The translations under genes and the position numbers were made by a program. Of a stretch of DNA of 64,000 nt, positions 42,282-54,699 are shown piece after piece. The DNA is from the human T2T-CHM13v2.0 reference genome, Homo sapiens: the NCBI RefSeq assembly GCF_009914755.1, contig NC_060932.1. One strand, written 5' to 3'. The number at the start of each line of letters is the position of its first letter. The stretch's first letter is position 1. The notes under the pieces were generated by a model, which worked only from the letters and a program-made list of their open reading frames with translations, searched no databases and was not told the DNA's origin.

Positions 42282-43153
42282 GATAAGATATGACCTCACT
42301 CCTGTTAGAATGGCTATCATAAAAAAGATAAAAGATGATTTCTGGTAAGGATGTGAAAAAAAAGGAAACTGTTGTACATTGTTGGTGTGGACGTAAGTCA
42401 GTACAAATATTATGGAAAACAGTATGAAGTTTCCTCATAAAATTAAAATTAGAACTACTGTATGATCTAGCAATCCCACTGCTGGGTATATATCAAAATG
42501 AAATTAAATCAGTATGTCAAAGAGATATCTGAATTCCCATATTTAATGCAGTGCTATTGACAATAGCCAAGATATGGAATCAACCTAAGTGTCCATCAAC
42601 AGACAAATAGATAAAGAAAATGTGGTATATATACACAATGGAATATTATTAAGACACTACTAAAGAATGAAATCCTATCATTTACAACAACATAGATGAA
42701 CATGGAGGACATTATGTTAAGCGAAATAAGTCAGTCACAGAAAGACAAATACAACATTCTCTCTCTCACATGTAGAATCAAAAAAAGTTAATCTCATAGA
42801 AATAGAGAGTAGAATGGTGATTACTAGAGGCTGAGGCAGTGAGAGTGGGGGATTGGGAGATGTTGGTAAAAGGATACAAAATTACCCTTACATAGGAGGA
42901 ATAACTTCAAGAGATCTATTGTATTGTACATGATGACTATAGTCAATGATGATATACTGCATTCTTGAAAAATGCTAAAGAGAGTAAATGTTCTCATCAC
43001 AAAACTGCTAACTATATGAGGTAATGTATATATTAATTAGCTAAATTTCATAATTACACAATGTATATATACTTCAAAATATCATGTTGTACATAATAAA
43101 TACATATAATTTCATATATTAATTAAAATAAATATTTAAATAAATTTAAAAAA
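42282..43153 (+). mobile_element. L1MA (L1MA4/5-like) 3' end
   Basis: ACCTCACTCCTGTTAGAATGGCTAT, GATATGGAATCAACCTAAGTGTCCATCAAC, L1MA 3'UTR and A-rich tail. Confidence 0.9.
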
Positions 43154-43556
43154 ACACATAAAAGGATTGCTCACAAAAGGAAAAAGATAGCTGGCAGAGT
43201 AAAAAACAATGTTTACACACAGAATAGCATAACAAACTAGAGTGGCAAGTTGTTGAATATGACTGGAACATAAACTTGTGATGTATCTTCCAGCCTTTTA
43301 CTTAAAAGATAGAATCTAAATGACCTTGTCAAATTGTGATTAGGTTTTTTTTTTTTATCTTGTAGACAACTGTAGGATCAACGAATTGTTACTGAAGCTT
43401 AACTTCACAAAAAGGCATATTGTGAAAGATCATTACAAATCATTTATTGAATGCATGTATAAATTTTCTCAAAATTAAGCCATTCACAAACACATTCATC
43501 CTATCTTTCAAGATATATCCCCTGCACCCACTCTAGGTTATTGGTTCATTATATGC

Positions 43557-43651
43557 ATTCATTTCTCAGTTATTTTACTTCTCTGGCAATTTTACTATTT
43601 ACTATTAAATGTTTACTATTCATTTCTCAGTTATTTTACTTCTCTGGCAAT
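43557..43651. repeat. Perfect 34-bp direct repeat with 27-bp filler
   Basis: ATTCATTTCTCAGTTATTTTACTTCTCTGGCAAT at 43557 and 43618. Confidence 0.95.
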
Positions 43652-43864
43652 AAATCTCTTCCATCCCTATTGATATTCTTACCCTATTACACCAACATGC
43701 CATGTTTACTGAGCTATTCTCAGGTCTTCTCTAATTCTCCATAAAGTTTATATTTTGCCTGTTAAAAAAAATCTGCAGCTCTGAAGAGTTTGGTTGTATC
43801 ATGAAGTTACATGCAATAAAGTCATTGTAAGATTAATAACAAATTATCTTTATTCTAGAGATCT

Positions 43865-44020
43865 GTCTCAGCGTAATCTGTGGGAGGAGAAGAGTAATTT
43901 CAAATATAAATGAAACAAGCTTGGCCATGAAGTTACAATTGTCTTACCTTCGTTATAGGTATGCGGAACTTAATCATATTATACTCTCTACTTTTGCATA
44001 TATTTGAAATTGTCCATAGT
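43865..44020 (+). mobile_element. L1MC/ME 3'UTR fragment
   Basis: TGAAACAAGCTTGGCCATGA...TCTCTACTTTTGCATATATTTGAAATT. Confidence 0.55.
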
Positions 44021-44699
44021 TTTTGAAGAGTAATTTTCACAAAATGTATGTTATTTCACAATTTAGATGATTTTGAAATAGATATGCCATTTTTCTATTA
44101 TAGTGAGTTGCTTACATATTTGTCTTCTCAGTCGTATTACTTAACTACTTCCTTTTTGAGGATAAAGCCAGTATTCTATTATTTCTAAATATTTTTAAAA
44201 AAACATTTATAAGGTAGCTACTTAATAAACTTTAAGTGGAATATTGGGAATATCAGTATGTTTTATACCTTTAATTTTTGGTCATATATATTTGTAAATT
44301 ACAAATAGTAAATATTAAATACATATGCAACTGTGCAGTACCTGTACATATGGCAGGTTCTAAGTTGCCTCTGACAATTCCCTGAATGACAACAGAGGTA
44401 CAATTATTATACATTTTTGCTTGTTCTCTCAACTTTATATTTTATCCAAATTAAGTTTATTCTTATTCATCTTTTTATTATTTGCTTTTGCACTGCTCAG
44501 ATGGCAATTGCCTTGGAACTCGGTGACAGTGTTTATAATCTTAATGTGAGTCAATAACAGTGGAAGGTTATCACAATAAATCATAGTGGGATGCAGGCAA
44601 CGAATCACAGATCAATTACATCTAAGAATTACAGACTGAGTCTTTAAGCAGGGAAGAATAGTGTCAGCCACTCAATTTGGAAAGGGAAATAAACACACT

Positions 44700-44945
44700 C
44701 AGATTCCTAAGAGATCTACAAACGCACTAAACAACTGTGAAATAGGCTCTGTGAAGAATGGTTGAGTGAATAGTGGTTTTTAGCTTGTAAAGCAAAAAGC
44801 CAACAAGGAACTTAAGACTTTTCACATATATGAACAGGTATTGCTCATATGGGAGTATTTCAATGAGAACAATATTATAGCAAGTAGAATTTAAAAAAAA
44901 GATTTTAGACTTACATGAGTATTAGGAAAATGCTAGTGATAGCCT
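44700..44945 (+). mobile_element. CR1/L3 LINE 3' relic
   Basis: TGAAGAATGGTTGAGTGAATAGTGGTTTTTAGCTTG...TTCACATATATGAA resembles the L3 ORF2 end. Confidence 0.45.
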
Positions 44946-45583
44946 ACAGTTCCACACTAGTTAAAAAAAATTAAGTTGAGGTCAAGATTATTTAATCCAT
45001 TGATTAACTGTTCACTCAGGATTTGTGACTCTGCAAGGCCAGGTGCAATTTTTATCTTATATTTTAAATATTTGGGAGGTCAATTTTTTATATCAGAAAA
45101 CAAGCTAGTTCCCCAAGGTATTTTGTAATTTAAAAATTGTATGAAGTACCATAACAATATTATTTTGAAAAAGTTCATTTCACATTTGCACAAAGTCCAT
45201 AGTTAGTATCCTTTGTTATCTTATTATTCTTAATGTTTACCATATTAGGTTGGTAAACTTAGTTGGCCCCAGGTAATTAGATGATTGAAGCTACAGGGGA
45301 TAAATATGAGTTTTAATCCATTAATATTTTGGGCTTTGATTTCTACATACATAAGATGAGAAGCGGATTGGAGGATCTTAACTTACTCTTCTGCTAAATT
45401 TCTAGTGTTTCCTGAGTTTTTTATGTCCTGATTTTGATGCAAATGAAGCAGGCATGCAGCCAGTAGGGGGAGTCCTGATCTTATCCCCCAAATTATACAA
45501 CCTCATATAAGTTGGCACACAACTGTAAGTAATCTGATTGCTTTATTTTATACCATTCCAAAAGCATAGAAAAGACACATTTA

Positions 45584-45891
<308 letters not shown>

Positions 45892-48436
45892 AGAAAAGAC
45901 ACATTTATACACAGTTTTTAAAAAGTAAAAAATTTAGAAATGTATTATGCTGTAAAATATATCTATCTAATGGTATAAAATAATCCTGTTTAAAATTAGC
46001 GTTTTCATTTAATCTTCAACGGGATTAGCTACTAGTACCAACGCCACTCTGAAGCAGAATCCAATTCTCTAATCTGTAAACAACAGTAAAGGAAAAAATT
46101 TTGGCTAAAATTAGACACACACAGATGGTATTCCTATATTCTGTGCTTTCATATGTAGCACCTGCTTCAATCTGTACTCAAAACCACTCAGGAAAAAATA
46201 AAATCTCTGCATTTATTTACTCGAAAAAATAATTTTTCTATTGACTTATTTAAAAATAAAATAATTGGTGATGTTATATTTGATTTTATGGACACACACA
46301 CACAAAGCCTTTTTTATTTTGATCCCTGTTTTACTCCACTGGTACTACACAGGCTCGCTCACAATATTTTTCCATTTTAATTTCATTTATGTATTAAAAA
46401 TTGCTTAAATATGTATATGTATATAAATGCACACAGCCCAACACTTTCAGCTTACATTATATGTGTATATATATTTATATAAATACACATATATACATTT
46501 ACATATGAAATAAAGATGTTTATTAATTAACTTTACTGGTATTTTGAAATTTTGTCTACCTTTTTGGGTTAATAATTTTCCTTCAATGTTACTAACATGA
46601 AAAATGGGAAAGGACCTTAGAATTTGTCACTTTTGAGTCATTAAAAGATACAAAAACCTAGGGTATTTATCACATATTTAAAGCATCACATGAAGTTGCT
46701 AAAAGAGCTGAAACTATGCCTAGGTCACCTGACTCACAGACTAATTGATATGCACTATGATATATTGTTCCCTGTAATCTATACTACTCCTTTGGGGAGA
46801 GTTGTCCATATTCTTTATATCTCAATTTCAGTAAATGTATATGAAAGAACTACATGACATCTCACTTCTGTGAAGCCACAATGGGAGTTGGTGAATTAAC
46901 ATTTAACTGAATATCTCTCTAAAATTCAGGTCCAATTAAATATTTTTCTATTAGGAGGAATATCTCCAAATTTCTCTCTCTCTCTCCACATATATCTAGC
47001 TATATAATATCTAGATATGGGTGCATTTAACTCAATATCATATCTATCCATATTTACATTATAATATACTTATGTAAAGTAAATAATGCAGAGAACAATC
47101 ATATATATACACACTTTGGCATATGAGTATAGACACAGAAACACATGTATTTGAAAAACATTACAGTCTGATAATTAGATTATGAAAGATATTAAGAAAA
47201 ATATACATGGCAATGTTAAGATTTAAAATAAAAATTTTAAACCTATATGAAGAATACATTGGCATATATTCCTTGCATGTTTTTGAAATATTATTTTAAC
47301 GAATGAGACAAGTTTGAATTCTTATTCAGACCACAGCACTCTTACCCCCAGCTTCCTTAAATTTTTTCTAGAGATAAGAAGGTTGGTGCTAGGAAATACT
47401 GAAAAATACAGAAGTTCAAATTTGTATTCCTCATCTGTCACCCTACTTTCACATACACTAATATTTAATAAATGTGAATAAACACATTAAAAGAAGGCAT
47501 ATCAGACAAGTGAAATCTAGTGAAATACACATTTTTGGAGTAAGACATTTTCACATTGTTTTTCAAATCCAACATCGATATTACTTATAATATTTTGAGC
47601 TCAGCTGTGGAGGAATTGAGGGCATTTGAAAGCATTCCTAATATAACTCAGCAACAGTTGTCGCTTTAATTATCTAACTCTCCTTTTGATCTTACTACTT
47701 ATTCAATTATTCTTTGTGTACACTGCCATATGCACCTTGTTGTTAAAAAGTAAAAAAAAAAAAAAAAAAAAACAATAAAATGAACACCATAATACCATGA
47801 GGATCTAGCATGAGTGTAAGATTAATGCTGCCTATACCTTTATCCGTGGCCAAGCACTTATCATTGTAAGTGTTTGTTTTTACAGTTGGAAGACAGCGTT
47901 CTACAAGATGGCATATAAAACAACTTTTTATTTGAAAGTTGTGACCATCACTTTACCCAGTATAACAAAAGAGTAGAATTTTATGTTATATACAGAAGTT
48001 TACCAAAATTTCTCTATGGCTTTTCCTCACCTACAAAATCAATCTCAAGATAATGGTGAAAAACGATGTCATTCTAAGAATGGAGCATCACTGAATAATG
48101 GGACAACATAACAGGTATTCTGCCTAAGGAAATCCTCATTTGCTCCCCAAATCATTGCTAATGTAGCTCACAAAATACAGAGTTGTTACACCAGAAAAGA
48201 GACTTAATAACATATAATGATGTCCATATTGCTATCAGTCAGTTAACAAACAGATACCGAATATCTACTTTGTGCTAATGTCTGCCAAGAGCATATGTCT
48301 AATAAGTAAAATTCGCTTTGAGTTTAGACTATAATTTAGAAGTTATTTCTCCCCTTTCCACTGAAACGAGTAGGCAAAGTTCAGAGGCAGCCAGTAGAAA
48401 ACACTTCAAGATGGATTCAAAGCCAAAGACTATTTA

Positions 48437-48438
<2 letters not shown>

Positions 48439-48476
<38 letters not shown>

Positions 48477-48482
48477 ACACAC
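48439..48482. repeat. (AC)n microsatellite
   Basis: Read directly from the sequence. Confidence 0.95.
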
Positions 48483-49565
48483 GTGTCATGCCGAGGAAAA
48501 TAAGAAACTATCAATACTTTACGAACAGCATTGAAATATGGAACCCTCCTTAGGAATGAAGCTAAGAGGGACCGTTGAAAAATGATTATTCCCCAGAACA
48601 ATTTGCTAATTGCTGAAGAGTCAGCAATTAGTATTAGCGGGATTTGATTTTTTAAAATTCTGCCAACATAAAATCGGAGTAGCTTATGTAAGACTAAAAT
48701 ATGAGAGAAATGACCGACATAAAAATTAGAAGAACAGAGAAATGAAGTAAGCGCAAGCCAGGATAATTTGGAACTAGAATAATGGTTTTTATAATTACTT
48801 AAAGAAAACTTAAAATAAGTATCAGAAGTCTTATACAATTAATTTTGTGTATGATATTTTAATTTTTTACCAAAATTTTAGTCAAAAATGGTGCTGTGTT
48901 CTTTTAATGTCATACTGGAGCCCTGTCTAAGACGCTCACTCAAGGTTGATTTAATTATCTATATGAATGTAACTTTTATTTTGTCAATTGGCAAATTCTT
49001 ATTTAAGATGAACTCAAGCTCATTGTTTTAATGAGATGACTCAATGTCTTTCATGAATCTGGACATTTATAAATTTGTTCATTTGAACATAGAAGATAAA
49101 ATTTAATTACTTTTAAAGGCAGGATATATATATTTAAAAAGTAGGTTCCTGAAGTAGACAAATACTTCCAAATAGCCTTTGAGGCATAAAAGTTATTTGA
49201 TTGATGTACAAATTTCTAATAATTATTTTTTCTTTAATATGAAATGTTAAAACATCTTTAATAATTTGGTATGTTTCTTATATGAGGGTATTTAAAAGTA
49301 AATACATGTTCAAGAACTGTTTGTTTAGTAATTCATATTTTGATTCAAATAATAATAACAAAAAATATATTTTGTAGAAAATTTGTCATTTCATTCAAAA
49401 ACTGGGAGGTGAGGGGTTGGAATGTACAAGACACTTAAGAGTAGGTGGCAAATTCTGTCTTCTGTCTTTTCTGTATTATTTATGCGTTTGTTGTCCAAAA
49501 TAAACTAATATATAAAAAAATTGATATCCAATTTTTTTTAATCCTCATCAAAAGAAAGTTTACCA

Positions 49566-50229
49566 CTCTCTCTTTCCAGACCTGGCCAGGCAGGAGGCGC
49601 CATCATGGGAGTTGACACCCGCCACAAGGACCGAAAGGTTCGGCGCAAGGAGCCTAAGAGCCAGGATATCTACCTGAGGCTGTCTGTCGGTCAAGCTGTA
49701 CAGGTTTCCAGCAAAGGAACCAACTCCACATTCAACCGGGTTGTGCTGAAGAGGTTGTTTATGAGTCGCAACAACCGGCCACCTCTGCCCCTTTCCCGGA
49801 TGATCTGGAAGATGAAGCTTCCTGGCCGGGAAAACAAAACAGCCGTGGTTGTGGGGGCCATAACGGATGACGTGCGGGTTCAGGAGGTGCCCAAACTAAA
49901 GGTGTGTGCGCTGCGCATGACCAGCCGGGCCCGCAGCCACATCTTCTAGGGAGTGGGGTGGGGTGGGGGTGGGGCGGAGCGGAGCGGGGCGCGGGGCAAG
50001 AGCCTCACTTTTCGCCAGCTGGCGCTGGACTCCCCCAAGGGCTGCGGCGTCGTCCGGCTCTCCGGTCCTCCAAAGGGCCGAGGGGTGTACGCCCCGGAAA
50101 CCCTGCAAACCCTACATCCGCTCCAATGGCCGGAAGTTCGAGCGCGCGAGAGACCGAAGGGCCAGCCGAGGATACAAAAACAAACCGTGGAGCCTACCCT
50201 CTTATTAAAAATATTTTGGATGCTGAAAT
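49566..50229 (+). pseudogene. RPL18P: Processed pseudogene of 60S ribosomal protein L18 (eL18)
   Basis: 5'TOP-like CTCTCTCTTTCC leader. ATG at 49605 gives [26 protein letters not shown]...[35 protein letters not shown], and the C-terminus [24 protein letters not shown] is in another frame. Intronless, ATTAAA at 50204, premature TAG at 49947, indels, and TSD AAAGA(A)AGTTTACC at 49551-49564 and 50230-50242. Pseudogene number not determinable. Confidence 0.97.
49861..50190. promoter_or_regulatory. CpG-island-like segment with G4/GC-box insert (candidate promoter)
   Basis: About 31 CpGs in 330 bp by manual count. GGGGCGGAGC at 49971 and seven G>=3 runs at 49949-49996. Function is inferred. Confidence 0.5.
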
Positions 50230-51199
50230 AAAGAAGTTTACCTTCATTAACATCATTTTCTTTTTAAAATACAGAAAAGAATAAATTATTTCAGTATACA
50301 CATGAAGTATTCCAGTTGTAAAATAATATCTGAAAGTGATTTATCTATTTCTTATCAATTTTTGGAGATGCTGATAAGTCAAAAGTGAAATCTAGAGAAC
50401 TAACATTACAGTGCAAATTGGGAGCTTTCCTAGGATTTTGTCTTATGTGCCAGCTATCTGAAAGCTGAGTTTTAGTTCATTTGAGCTATATTTTTAATCC
50501 AAAGAAGGTACACATTTCAATTTTTCTACGAGTTTGTGTTAGACGGTATTTATAAAACTTGCAAATATTTATTTTTACAAACAATAGAAACTCTAATTTT
50601 AGCAAAGCACCACACTTGGAGTTGGACCATCTGCAATTCAGTTCAATCATGCTAACTGGCTTTGAGATCTGTATTGGGGTTCAATACCATTAAGCCTAAA
50701 AATAAGCTTTCAACCCAAAATTATTATAGCAGATTGTGTTGAGTAATGATTTATCTGCCAAAAGTTATTTATTCAATACTTTCAAAGTAGCACCTGGATG
50801 AAAAAATATTAAAATATATTTTCTAAAAAATAAACGAGGAGCACGCCTGAAAACGGTGTGCTTGCTTTTTTGGAAGATTTTCAAAATGGTCATATAAGTT
50901 TGGATTTAAATGGATAAACTACTGAGGGAATACAATAAATACACAAATAAATAAGGCTGATACAATGATTACAGCTCTTTAAATAGATTTTTCTGGCTTC
51001 TCCAAAAGTTCCATTATGAGATTAATAATAATAATATAACATAGACAGAAAACATCATTTTCTACTATAGGCATAACCCTTAGAACGGCATTTATTCTTG
51101 GTATGACAATTTTGCTAAGCACAGTGAGTCATTTGTGAACTTCTGAATATGGTGTAATGTGAAGATCCTGTATTATGAATAGGAAATTCAACTCAAATT

Positions 51200-51696
51200 A
51201 GCATTCACTTACTCAAAAAATACGTATCCAATGCCTCCTCAGTGTCAGTCCTGTGCCAAGACCTGAATATACGATAATGAAACAAACTTATGCAAATGGT
51301 GAACCAAACTGACATTCCTTGTTTAGAGATATAGTCTAGTTGAGGAGGTAAATATTATATAAGTAAACATTTTAATTATATATTGTGGTAAGTTATATAA
51401 AGAAAAGAATAGTATTTAATCCTCAGAGGATAGGGTAGATAGTAGTTTTACGTTATAGTGGACAAGAAAGGCATTTTAGAATAAGAGATGTGTTTTTGAA
51501 ATTTATAGAAAGAGAAGAAGGCAGCCATGCAGCGAACCTAAAAAGAGCCTTGTTTGTAGAGGAAATTTGTATGAGAATGTCTACGTGCAAGAATGTTTGC
51601 TGCTTTAATGCAGTGGATTTCAGCTAGGGGAGATATTGCCACTCCCCACCACGGGAAATTTGGCAATGGCTGAAAACAATTTTGATTGTCACACTG

Positions 51697-51732
<36 letters not shown>

Positions 51733-52530
51733 TTAATACTGGCATCTAGTGGATAGAGGCTAGAAATACTGCTAAACATTCTTCAGTGCAGAAGACAGCT
51801 CTTCATAAGAAGCTAAACTTGAGAAACCCTACTTTAAAGAAATTGAAAGAAGTGCAATGTGCCCCAAAGCACAATGTTACAAAATGAAATTGAGGAGGTA
51901 GAAAGGGATCATGAAGGAGCTTGTAGTCCATGACAAGAAGTTTGGATTCCATTCTGTGAAAAACTGTGTATTATCATTAGGTTTTAAGTGAGATACTAGT
52001 AACACTTCATTTACATTTTAAAAATCATTACTCTGGGAAATAGTGGGTTAATGAAAAGGGGTCTTTTATTTTCTACAGTAGGAATATTTTAGTGTAGTCA
52101 AAAGGAGAAGTAAATTATAATGAACATGAACCCATTTGGGTAAACAAACCATGCTATTATTGTCTTTTGCATGGAATTTTAAAAAAACTTGCATATTAAC
52201 TCTTGCTAAAAAGGGATTTTTCTGAGAATTAAAAAAAACACACACACACATTCTGAGTATTTTGTGGATAACATAATAGTATAAAATAAAACTAAATACA
52301 ACAGTTCCAGTAAGGAAGATATAATAATATTCCACAAGGCATATAACCATTGCAAATTTATTTGTTCTAGGAAGAAGGCAATAAAAATGAAGTGAACTGG
52401 TTGAAACAGACAGTGGAGGCAGACCATGAAGACTAAGTGATAGGTTGGATGTGTAGCCTAAGAAGAAGGACTGGTCAGTAATACCTCACAGATTTTTAGC
52501 TCTAGCACCTAAGCAGATAAGGTATCAGTA
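51200..52530 (-). mobile_element. L2 relic, interrupted by MER20
   Basis: CATTCACTTACTCAAAAAATACGTA...GTCCTGTGCCAAG...GAAGTTTGGATTCCATTCT...GATAGGTTGGATGTG. Confidence 0.65.
51611..51831 (+). mobile_element. MER20 (hAT-Charlie) with internal (GT)n
   Basis: CAGTGG...TTTGGCAATG...ACTGGCATCTAGTGGATAGAGGC...TGAGAAACCCT. 8-bp TSD CTTTAATG/CTTTAAAG. Confidence 0.88.
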
Positions 52531-54292
52531 ATAAAAATAGAAAGAAAGTGGCTATAAAAGAATGTGGCTGCAATGGATCTCATATCTTCAGCTTCTCCAG
52601 CCCCCTTTGTAATTCAATTACATTTTATTTTACTTGGAAATTAATCTAATAATATAATATCTGTGTACTTTTTAATCTTTGAACGAAGTTGAGATTTATT
52701 TTATAGCTACAAAACAGAAAACAATGACTATATTTCAGTAGCCTTATATATGCAGGAAAATCTATAAATATGCATCATTAAATAGAAACTATACATTGTT
52801 TTTGCACTAGAGTACACCCTTCCTGTTTATCAGATTCCTGTTTTATGAAAGCTATCTTACAGCTCTGCAAGTTGTGGAAAATTGATAGCAATGCAAACTA
52901 ATTCCTGTCTTGTCACATGCAAATTTGATCTTGTCCAGTAGATGTTTATTTAATTCACTTCCCACCTCACTGTTGAAAAAGGCAAACTTGCCCCCATTTG
53001 CATATTCATTTCAATATTCATGATCCGTACTGTGTCTGCTCTTTGAAAGGTTCTTTTTTTTAACCAGCTATAACATCCGTGGGGTTCCCTCATTAATTAA
53101 TGAGTAAATAAACTGTTTAACATGTTCATTTTGATATTTCCATTAGAGTTGTAATTTTACCTTTTGTTGAAAATTTTGCTTTCACAGGTTTATCTTATAA
53201 CATTCTAATTTAACAGGACACTTCTTTTCAATTAACTTCAAGTTGCTTATCATCACATCATGAAATTTTTCAAACTAAGGTATGAATAAAACAATAGTCG
53301 AAAACTCCCTATCTCTGAACGATATTTTCCTGAATATATTACCAGAATATTTACATATAAAAGCTGCATGTGTGTTTCCTTTTTTCAAATTTAGAAAAAA
53401 AAGAAAGAATTAGAAAAATATGAACTACTGTAAATGCCCTTTATTGAAATGGATCTGAATATAGACTAATGTTTCCACAACTTGCAGATAAATAAATAAC
53501 TATTGCCACTTTCCCAAAGACTGACAATGAACATCAACCACAATTTACTAACACATCCAAACTCAAAACCAAACTGCTTGAACAATAACCTTCCATAATA
53601 ACACAAAAATGACTTTAAACTATGCCTATATTCTGTTTCTCAAGCAAATAGATATTTAAAGCAATTAATTTTTGACTTATGTCGTCACCAAATGAAGGTT
53701 CCCTTTTGCCCAAGGAATGCTTTATAGTCTCCTGCTGTCTTTGATATGTGCCACTCGGAGACCAAATGCTTTTCAGAATATGTGATGTGGCCAGAAAACC
53801 ATGTCCTGATGTGCTGCAGTCTGAAGGAAAACAAATAAACCAAAAGAAAAAAAAATGAATAAAAAGAAAAGAAAGAGAAAAAGGCAAACCTCAGAAGACT
53901 GCTTCTCACTTCTTCCCTCAGGCCTTTTCCAGGCAGTCAGCTCTTTCAGCTAGGAATAGATCCAAATCCCGTCTCCATATATAAATGCCAAGCTCGCACA
54001 ATGTTTCTTGACTTCAAAAATAGATGTTTCTCTTCAATAAAGTTGTCGAATTATTTTAGAAGATTTTTTTCTTTATTTGACAAAACTGGTATGAATTTAT
54101 CACTACAGGTAAGCTAAAGTAGTTTCCCAGGTGCAAGTGGAAAGAGAAACACAAATTAAATGATTTTCATAGAATAATTAAAGTGTGAGGGAAATAATTT
54201 ATATAACATATTTGGGGATTACAAGGGGTTCTGCAAAATGAAGCATTTATATATGAAGAAGAAATTAATGAAAATGAAGACTATCCAAGAAG

Positions 54293-54469
54293 CAGAAACA
54301 GATCTAGGTTTTTAAAGGCCTGAAGTTTATTCTTTTGGGGATCTAACTCTAAGAAAAAGAATGCAAAATTGAAAAAAGAAGATTACTAATGTCCATTCAG
54401 AGTTTTTGAAGGGCTTGAGCAAATGCAAGGCTCCAAAGCTTAAACTTCATTAGAATAAATCTACCTCTT
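54293..54469 (+). mobile_element. MER53-like hAT MITE
   Basis: AGATCTAGGTTTT...GGCCTGAAG...TAAGAAAAAGAATGCAAAATT...AAATCTACCTCT with imperfect TIRs. Confidence 0.6.
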
Positions 54470-54699
54470 TTGAAGAAAAAAACCTCATTTTAATGCGCTG
54501 TCCAATTTTTTATTTATTAAGCAAACATTCAAAACACTTTAATGCCCATGGTATGGTAGTTTCTAGGGATACGGTGATGAAGAAAACAAAAGGTACATGT
54601 CCCTTGCATGGCCTTGGAGGGTAAGAAACACATTAATAAGATAATCAAATGGCCAATTCAATAAAGGAGGTAAAATATGATTTTATAAAAGAGGCCATA

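Noticed and set aside
49605-50208. Functional RPL18 gene
   Set aside because: Intronless with TSD, premature stop, frameshifts, deletions near 50090-50107 and loss of the normal stop codon.
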